DNA of 33,417 nt. Origin: Lentisphaeria bacterium (GTDB lineage Bacteria > Verrucomicrobiota > Lentisphaeria > Victivallales > UBA1829). Numbering within the stretch: position 1 is the stretch's first letter; each line of letters opens with the position of its first letter. A program made the translations under genes and the position numbers. Shown in pieces: positions 8,619-14,735 of the stretch. Location of the stretch: positions 1-33,417 of the forward strand of contig DXVA01000001.1 of the NCBI GenBank assembly GCA_019408975.1, read 5' to 3'. The notes below the pieces were generated by a model. It did no database searches and had not been told where the DNA came from. It saw nothing but the letters and a program-made list of their open reading frames with translations.

Positions 8619-9983
8619 ATGTTTTCAGCATTTATAAATTCGTTCAAGATAAAAGAACTTAGAACTCGTATTTTATTCACGGCCGGAATCCTGATACTTT
8701 GCCGTGTCGCTGCCAACATTCCCTGTCCCGGCGTTGATACGGCCAATCTCGACAAGTATTTTACCAAGCTGGGTTCGGAGTCCGCCACCGGGCAGTTCCT
8801 CGGAATGTTCGATCTGTTCAGCGGCGGCGCTCTCCAGCATTTTGCCATCGGTGCGCTGGGTATCATGCCGTACATCTCGGCATCGATCATCATGCAGCTC
8901 CTTACTCCGGTGGTGCCTTCTCTGGAAAAACTCCAGCGTGAAGGCGAAGTCGGGCGCGGCAAGATCAATCAATATACCCGTTACCTGACGATCGTGATCT
9001 GTCTGGTTCAGGGTGCGATGGCGGCGGTTGCCATGACCAATCCCACAAGGCTTGGGCTCCCCGCTCCCACGCTTCCACTGGTTTCCAATGCCGGAGCCGG
9101 ATTCATCATCATGTCCATGATCATTCTTACTGCCGGAACCATGGTTCTGGTATGGCTTGGCGAGAGAATCACGGAAAACGGTATCGGCAACGGTGTGTCG
9201 ATCATCATCACGGCGAACATCATCGAGCGTCTTCCGCAGTCGCTGATGGCTCTCTTTGAGATGATGAACAGCGGTTTCTCCGCTTCCGGCACAAGATTCC
9301 GTCTGGTTCACCTCCTGCTTCTTTTCGTTATTTTTGCGGCAGTTACCGCGCTGACGGTCCTGTTGACGCAGGGGCAGAGGCGTGTGCCGATTCAGATGGC
9401 GAAGCGTATCGTAGGCAACAAAATGAGCGGCGGAACGACTTACATGCCGTTGAAGGTCAACTTCCCCGGCGTTATGCCGATCATCTTTGCAGGCGCGATT
9501 CTGATTTTCCCTCCTGTGCTTTTCCAGATGATCCCGAATGAGACGGTCCGTTCTTTTGCGGTCTATTTCCAGCATGACAGCTATTCCTATATGACGATCT
9601 ACGGTTTGCTGATTCTGGCGTTTTCCTACTTCTGGGTTGCCAATATGTTCAACCCCGTCCAGATATCCGACAATCTGAAGAAAGAAGGGGCTTACATCCC
9701 CGGCATCCGTCCCGGAAAGCCGACTGCGGACTTTTTGGATTCCACAATGACGAAGGTGACTTTTGCGGGTGCGATCTTCCTGACTGCGCTGGCGGTCTTT
9801 CCGATGCTGCTTACGAAGTGGCTCAAGATCCCTTATCAGATTGCCTCTTTCTTCGGAGGGACAAGTCTTCTGATTATCGTCGGTGTGACGATTGATACAT
9901 TGAGCCAGATGGAATCCCATCTTGTGATGAGAAACTATGACGGTTTCCTCCAGAGGGGGCGGATCAAGAGCAGACGAGGCTGA
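8619..9983 (+). CDS. secY: Preprotein translocase subunit SecY
   Basis: ..LRTRILFTAGILILCRVAANIPCPGVD.., ..ALGIMPYISASIIMQLL.. and ten hydrophobic segments identify SecY. The position after rplO supports the call. Confidence 0.97.
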   Translation: MFSAFINSFKIKELRTRILFTAGILILCRVAANIPCPGVDTANLDKYFTKLGSESATGQFLGMFDLFSGGALQHFAIGALGIMPYISASIIMQLLTPVVPSLEKLQREGEVGRGKINQYTRYLTIVICLVQGAMAAVAMTNPTRLGLPAPTLPLVSNAGAGFIIMSMIILTAGTMVLVWLGERITENGIGNGVSIIITANIIERLPQSLMALFEMMNSGFSASGTRFRLVHLLLLFVIFAAVTALTVLLTQGQRRVPIQMAKRIVGNKMSGGTTYMPLKVNFPGVMPIIFAGAILIFPPVLFQMIPNETVRSFAVYFQHDSYSYMTIYGLLILAFSYFWVANMFNPVQISDNLKKEGAYIPGIRPGKPTADFLDSTMTKVTFAGAIFLTALAVFPMLLTKWLKIPYQIASFFGGTSLLIIVGVTIDTLSQMESHLVMRNYDGFLQRGRIKSRRG

Positions 9984-10011
9984 ATGCCTGATAAATAAGA
10001 GTGTAATCGAA

Positions 10012-10044
10012 AGACCGGAATCAACATCCGGTCTTTTTGTATTT
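10012..10044 (+). terminator. Rho-independent terminator of the r-protein/secY operon
   Basis: AGACCGGA (10012-10019), 7-nt loop, TCCGGTCT (10027-10034): a perfect 8-bp stem followed by TTTTTGTATTT, 29 nt after the secY stop. Confidence 0.85.
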
Positions 10045-10056
10045 CTTAATGAACAA

Positions 10057-10174
10057 CCCCGGTGCAGAGCACGCGGGGTATCGGGGATTTCGCCTGCGGT
10101 GACCAGCTTATTCCGCTGGACCGAAGCAGGACTGAAAGTCCTGCACGAAGCATTTTTGCGATGCAGAGCATCGC
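10057..10174 (+). other. Cluster of stable hairpins (possible structured RNA or REP-like elements)
   Basis: Four hairpins: 10057-10078 (CCCCGGTGC-AGA-GCACGCGGGG, 9 bp with 1 bulge); 10103-10119 (CCAGC/GCTGG); 10126-10144 (GCAGGAC-TGAAA-GTCCTGC, perfect 7 bp); 10158-10174 (GCGATGC-AGA-GCATCGC, perfect 7 bp). The first and last share the apex TGCAGAGCA. Confidence 0.3.
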
Positions 10175-10217
10175 ACTATGAAACCAATTTTTTTTAATAA
10201 AATGATAAAGGTTGGTC

Positions 10218-10310
10218 ATGAAGCAGATTATTCTTGGGACGGACTGGTGGACGGATTGCGATGATGCAGTCGCGGTGCGGTTGCTGGCAAATTTTCACCG
10301 GACGCGGCAG
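10218..10310 (+). pseudogene. Possible truncated remnant of a nucleoside-hydrolase-like (IUNH-fold) gene
   Basis: MKQIILGTDWWTDCDDAVAVRLLANFHR resembles the N-terminal aspartate-cluster motif (D..D.DDA.A) of inosine-uridine nucleoside hydrolase-like proteins. The rest of the 97-aa ORF (10212..10505) is Arg-rich, unrecognisable, and runs into the next gene. Confidence 0.3.
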
Positions 10311-10459
10311 ATTCAGTTTCGTTATCAAGACACGCCCGGACTCGTGGTACGCCGCCGAGATCGACAGACGGCTGTAACGTTTTTTCGGCTACGCGGAAAT
10401 GCCTGTCATGACTTATGGCGGCAAATATTGTCGAAGAAGTTTTTTCATCGGAGCTTATT

Positions 10460-11155
10460 ATGGCAGATATCGAAAGACACAGTGAACTGCCGCATATCGC
10501 GGTGATCGTCCCTCCCGGAACCTTTGCATATTCCGCGCCGCGTGTTACGCGCTATTTCAATGCCCTGAGGCGCGGCGGAGCGCTGCCCTTTGCGCTTCCT
10601 CTGACACAGGACGGGGAACTGCTTGCCGTTCTGCTTGCCGGGGCGGACGGGCTGCTGATTTCCGGCGGCATTGACATTGACCCTGAATTGTATGGGGGAA
10701 AACGGGACAGGCAGACCAGTTATGAACCGGAATTTGACCTGTATGAGAAATCCGTTTTCCATGCCGCGCTCCGGAGCGGAATGCCGGTTTTTGGAATCTG
10801 CCGGGGGCTTCAGATCATGAATGTATCCTACGGGGGAACGCTGTTGCCCGATCTTGCGGGGCACCGGGACGGCGTCATGCATCCTTTAACAGTCGTATCG
10901 GAGAGACTTGCGGAAATCCTGGGGGGAAGGGATGTCGCAGTCAACAGCTTTCATCATCAGGCGGTGGATCGTCTTGGAGAGGGATTCCGGGTTGCCGCCA
11001 TGAGTGACGATGGATATATTGAAGCGATTGAATATGAGGGTGATTCATTTGCCGTCGGGGTGCAATGGCATCCGGAGCGAATGGGGGATGCCGGGACTCT
11101 GGCGTTTTTCCGCGAGTTTACCGGACAATGTATTGAATATAGAAACCGGCAGTAA
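10460..11155 (+). CDS. Peptidase C26 / gamma-glutamyl-gamma-aminobutyrate hydrolase family (class I glutamine amidotransferase-like)
   Basis: GGIDIDPELYG, the nucleophile motif FGICRGLQIMNV, HHQAV, and the His-Glu motif GVQWHPE. Start 10460 (MADIERHSELPHIAVI) follows GGAG; the listed start 10415 is less likely. Confidence 0.85.
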   Translation: MADIERHSELPHIAVIVPPGTFAYSAPRVTRYFNALRRGGALPFALPLTQDGELLAVLLAGADGLLISGGIDIDPELYGGKRDRQTSYEPEFDLYEKSVFHAALRSGMPVFGICRGLQIMNVSYGGTLLPDLAGHRDGVMHPLTVVSERLAEILGGRDVAVNSFHHQAVDRLGEGFRVAAMSDDGYIEAIEYEGDSFAVGVQWHPERMGDAGTLAFFREFTGQCIEYRNRQ

Positions 11156-11183
11156 AGTGCAGTATGCCAAAAAAGGAGTGGGT

Positions 11184-12254
11184 ATGAGCGAGTATAAAGA
11201 GTTGTTGTATCGCCTGATCGAGTGCCGTCCTGTGACGGCGGATGTCTCCGCTGTAAATAAGGCGGAGAATGTGATGCGGGAGTTTCTGGAAGCACATGGG
11301 CTCCATTGCACGATGGAAGTGATTGACGGGAGACAGACCCTTTATGCGTCCACACGTCCGGGGAAGGTGCAGGATGTACTTTTGAATGCGCATCTGGATG
11401 TGGTTCCAGCCAATCATGAGAGTCAGTTCATGCCTTATGAAAAAGAAGGCTGGCTTTATGCACGCGGCGCGGGCGACTGCCTGGGCAATGCTGTCTGCAT
11501 TGCGCGCTTCCTCTGTGAGAATAAGGATGCATTCCGTATCGGGGCGGTTTTCACCAGTGATGAAGAGACCGGCGGAGAGACGACGCATGGAATGGTGGAG
11601 CGCGGCTACGGTGCGGCAAAAGCGGCGCTGGTGCTGGATCATGGAGGAGATTACAGCATTACATATGCGCAAAAAGGAATCCTGGTTCTGAAAGTGACCG
11701 CCCGGAGCCACGGCGGACATTCTTCCGCGCCGTGGGCTTTCATAAATCCGGTTGATATGCTGACGGATGCCTATCAGCAGCTGCGCAAAGCCTGGGTCAA
11801 TCCGATTTCGGAGGAAGACTGGAGAAATTCGATGGCTCCGTGTGTAATTTCCGGCGGGGATGCCGAGAACCGGATCCCGGATACCGCTGAAATGATCCTG
11901 AATTTCCGCTATGTCGCGGATGAGGATTATCAGAAAATCATCGATCTCGTGAAAACCACGGGGCTTGAGGTTTCTGTTTTGAGAACCTGCTCTCCGGTTT
12001 CAAACGACATCAATGCACCTGCCTTGCTGCTGCTTCAGCAGGCTTTTCAGGGTGTTCTGGCGCGTCCGGTGAAATTTACAAGAATGTGCGGCGCCACGGA
12101 CGCACGGCATTTGAGGGCGCTTGATATTCCTGTTGCAATCATCGGCACTGAGGGAACCGGAGCGCATTCGGCTGAGGAGAAACTCAAGCTGGACTCAATC
12201 GACATCTGTCAGAAGATATTAAAGGAATACATGACGCTTCTGAATTCGATTTGA
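11184..12254 (+). CDS. M20 family metallopeptidase (ArgE/DapE/ACY1-like)
   Basis: NAHLDVVPA, FTSDEETGGE and GGHSSAPW are M20 metal-ligand motifs. AAAAGGAG lies 7 nt upstream of ATG 11184. The listed ORF start 11004 overlaps the previous gene. Confidence 0.8.
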   Translation: MSEYKELLYRLIECRPVTADVSAVNKAENVMREFLEAHGLHCTMEVIDGRQTLYASTRPGKVQDVLLNAHLDVVPANHESQFMPYEKEGWLYARGAGDCLGNAVCIARFLCENKDAFRIGAVFTSDEETGGETTHGMVERGYGAAKAALVLDHGGDYSITYAQKGILVLKVTARSHGGHSSAPWAFINPVDMLTDAYQQLRKAWVNPISEEDWRNSMAPCVISGGDAENRIPDTAEMILNFRYVADEDYQKIIDLVKTTGLEVSVLRTCSPVSNDINAPALLLLQQAFQGVLARPVKFTRMCGATDARHLRALDIPVAIIGTEGTGAHSAEEKLKLDSIDICQKILKEYMTLLNSI

Positions 12255-12271
12255 GAGGATGGGCGTCTTTG

Positions 12272-13330
12272 TCAGCAGCTTTCCCGCCGGATCAGCCGAA
12301 GTGTCCCGGACAGATGGAAATTGCGGAATGAATCGCGGTCCAGCGCTTCACTGAAGCGGCGCAGGCAGAGACGTCCGTTCTGGTCGTTGCAAAGATCAAT
12401 GACGGTCAATGCCGGATGCAGCTGTTCGGTGGCAGGCAGGTTGTCCACCCCGGTAACGGCGACTGTATCCGGCACGCGCAGTCCGAGCATACGTTCCAAC
12501 GTCTGAACCGCTTCCATCGCGATGGTGCTGACTGTGCAGCTGAACACATCGAACGAACCGGCAAGTTCGCGCAGTTCCTCCAGGTTTTCGTTCCCATAGC
12601 CATGCCAGTTCCTGGAATCGGCGGAGATGCCGTGTTTACGGCATTCCTCCGCGAGAAGACGGGTGCGGTTGTCCGAGATGGGGAAATTGCCGCCGAGGAT
12701 CAGGACACGCCGGAACCCGCGCCGGGCGTAGTATTCCGCCAGCAAAGCCGCGATTTGCGTTTCATCATGGTAGACCGTGGAGCAGCCGGCAGGTGTTTTT
12801 CCGTAAATATTGGGTCCGTAGAACAGACAGGGCAGTTTCTGCCGCCGTAGCTCCTCCTGCGCCCGGAGCAGATTGTCATGTCCCCGGAAGAAGATTACAC
12901 CGGCCGCTTCGGGGTAGATCATTTTCACGTTGTCGAGATTGTGAAAGAAATCATCCAGCTTGACGAGCGCGGGCTCGCAGGAGAGATCGGCTGTAACCGA
13001 TTCATCCAGAGCCCCCAGGAGAAAGTCGAAATAATCATCCCGCTTCCACGTGTGCAGTTCACCGTAACCGGGGACGATCAGAATCCGTCCTTTGCGGCTG
13101 CGTGGCGAGACGAATGTGCCTTGTCCGTGGCGGCGGTAGATGATCTTTTCCGCAACCAGGTTATTCAATGCCTTGCGCACCGTGCCGACGCTGAGGTTGT
13201 ATTCCTGTGCCAGCTGCGACTCGGACGGCAGCCGGTCGTGCCGTTTCAGGCGGTGTTCGGAGATATAGCGTTTTACTTCATTCTCCAGTTTGCGGTAGAC
13301 TGGCAGCTGTTCCCAAAGTTTCCGGTCCAT
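12272..13330 (-). CDS. AraR-type chimeric regulator: GntR-family winged-HTH fused to a LacI/PBP1-type sugar-sensor domain
   Basis: The N-terminus LPSESQLAQEYNLSVGTVRKALNNLVAEKIIYRRHGQGTFV is a GntR wHTH. The rest resembles a LacI-type periplasmic-binding fold (..VLILGG.., ..VPDTVAVTGVDN..). Start 13330 follows AGGAAAGG; the listed start is 13363. It is divergent from the prepilin-like/lyase operon. Confidence 0.8.
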   Translation of the reverse strand: MDRKLWEQLPVYRKLENEVKRYISEHRLKRHDRLPSESQLAQEYNLSVGTVRKALNNLVAEKIIYRRHGQGTFVSPRSRKGRILIVPGYGELHTWKRDDYFDFLLGALDESVTADLSCEPALVKLDDFFHNLDNVKMIYPEAAGVIFFRGHDNLLRAQEELRRQKLPCLFYGPNIYGKTPAGCSTVYHDETQIAALLAEYYARRGFRRVLILGGNFPISDNRTRLLAEECRKHGISADSRNWHGYGNENLEELRELAGSFDVFSCTVSTIAMEAVQTLERMLGLRVPDTVAVTGVDNLPATEQLHPALTVIDLCNDQNGRLCLRRFSEALDRDSFRNFHLSGTLRLIRRESC

Positions 13331-13424
13331 AAATGCCTTTCCTGTTTTGTGGAAAGATAGCACTCCTGTAACGAAGTTGCCAGTTCAAAATATGATTTTT
13401 TCGGCTTTTTTCAAGGTTTGCCTC

Positions 13425-13452
13425 TTGACAAAACCGCATTTGTATTTATAAT
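13425..13452 (+). promoter_or_regulatory. Near-consensus sigma70 promoter facing the prepilin-like/heparinase-like operon
   Basis: TTGACA (13425-13430), 16-nt spacer, TATAAT (13447-13452). The predicted TSS near 13459 leaves a leader of about 535 nt before GTG 13995. Confidence 0.55.
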
Positions 13453-13684
13453 ATTGAACTATACTCCTATATAGAAGTTGAGAATGTAATGAAAACGAAT
13501 GGAACAGGAAAGGGAGAAAAATGAAGCGGAACTCGGATTGGAGCGGGCTGCAAAACATGAAAGGCTGTCCGGAGTATCCGGACAGGATGAAACTGCGGGA
13601 TTGCGTACAGAACAGAATGCCGGTCTTTATGGAAGACAGTGGCGCAGTGGAAGATCTGCTCTGCGGACGTCTGAGCAGCAGTGT

Positions 13685-13810
13685 TTCTTTCTTCATTCAA
13701 TTGTTAAATTGTTCTAATGTTCGCTTGTTCAAATGTTTCCCGGTGCCCTGTTTTTCTGTTCCTGCTTCGAGGGTGAAAATAAGATTTTTCACTCTGATAG
13801 AGCTCTTCAT
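13685..13810 (+). repeat. Copy 1 of a duplicated 5' module (leader plus first ~12 codons of a prepilin-like gene), decayed
   Basis: 13685-13730 is identical over 46 bp to 13889-13934. The homology resumes at ..TTCGAGGGTGAAAATAAGATTTTTCACTCTGATAGAGCT.., which encodes [11 protein letters not shown] and then diverges (FMRKSCK..). Confidence 0.9.
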
Positions 13811-13888
13811 GAGGAAAAGCTGTAAAATTGGTATTTCATTCCGGTATCAGGATAGTACAGGACGCTGCTATTCCCCTGATTTTGCTTC

Positions 13889-14032
13889 TTCTTTCTTCAT
13901 TCAATTGTTAAATTGTTCTAATGTTCGCTTGTTCGATTGTTTTCCCGTTCCTTCTTCCTTCCGTGTCCCTTGCTCGATATTCTTACTTCGCAGGGTGAAA
14001 ACAAGAATTTTCACCCTGATAGAGCTTCTCAT
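13889..14032 (+). repeat. Copy 2 of the duplicated 5' module, attached to the intact prepilin-like gene
   Basis: The 46-bp perfect core 13889-13934 lies 204 bp downstream of copy 1. It is followed by a pyrimidine-rich stretch and CGCAGGGTGAAAACAAGAATTTTCACCCTGATAGAGCT, encoding [11 protein letters not shown]. The module is 18 nt longer than copy 1. Confidence 0.9.
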
Positions 14033-14735
14033 TGTGATTTCTATCATCGCGATTCTTGCGGCAATGCTGCTGCCTGCCTTGAATAAAGCCAGAGAAACGG
14101 CACGTTCGATTTCCTGCACTAATAATCTTTCCCAGGTCGGTAAAGCCCAGCACATGTATTCCAGCGATTATCAGGAGTGGATTGTGCCTATGGTGCAGGG
14201 AAATTATTACTGGCATCACCGACTTTCCGGAATAGATGACAACGGCGTCAGAATATCGGTTTTCAGCAACTATGGAATTACGTTCAGGGGACGTACCAGA
14301 ACGGAAGGAACTCTGGTGTGTCCATCCGAGACCGTGCCGTTTTCCGATAAAGCGGAGTCCGGGTTCCGTTTTTCTCATTATGGGGCAAATGCCTGTGCAT
14401 TGGGGTATTCCGGCTTTTTTTCCTCCGGCAGCAAATATTATTCCCGTAAAATTTCGGCAATTGTCCAGCCGACGATTGCGATATTTGCCGGAGACAACGT
14501 GAGACGCACCGATCCCATTATCAATTGGGCGCAGTTTTTCGCCTATCGTCATGGCAGCCCTGATTCTAGGACCAGCATGGCTGCCGTCGTGGGGACAGAT
14601 ATTCCTTTCGGGAAAGGACGCGCCAATTCCGTGTATTTTGACGGTCATGCGGCTCCCCGAACCTTTCTTGAACAGAAAGCGGAGAATTATGATCTGACTG
14701 CGGGAATTGATATCAATAAGGGGGTGGCATTATGA
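13995..14735 (+). CDS. Prepilin-type N-terminal domain protein of the PVC DUF1559 / H-X9-DG paralog family (module A)
   Basis: (V/M)[33 protein letters not shown] is a type IV pilin-like N-terminal helix with Glu at +5. The C-terminal ..YRHG..(insertion)..[10 protein letters not shown] is a variant of H-X9-DG. A GTG start at 13995 is proposed by analogy with paralog B. The ORF is open back to ATG 13809 and ATG 13521 (AGGGAG SD), so a gene finder may call 13521..14735. Confidence 0.75.
   Translation: MKTRIFTLIELLIVISIIAILAAMLLPALNKARETARSISCTNNLSQVGKAQHMYSSDYQEWIVPMVQGNYYWHHRLSGIDDNGVRISVFSNYGITFRGRTRTEGTLVCPSETVPFSDKAESGFRFSHYGANACALGYSGFFSSGSKYYSRKISAIVQPTIAIFAGDNVRRTDPIINWAQFFAYRHGSPDSRTSMAAVVGTDIPFGKGRANSVYFDGHAAPRTFLEQKAENYDLTAGIDINKGVAL

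Noticed and set aside
8673-9920. 415-aa minus-strand ORF (also 8204..8968) opposite rplO/secY
   Set aside because: It is a shadow ORF of secY. The composition is Arg/His/Asp-rich and low-complexity, and it has no start context.
13459-13474. Small inverted repeat CTATA-N6-TATAG at the predicted TSS of the 13425 promoter, and the AT palindrome AAAATATGATTTT (13387-13399), as AraR-type operators
   Set aside because: They have 5-bp arms or low-complexity AT sequence and bear no resemblance to a known GntR/AraR operator that I could justify. Both could arise by chance in AT-rich DNA.
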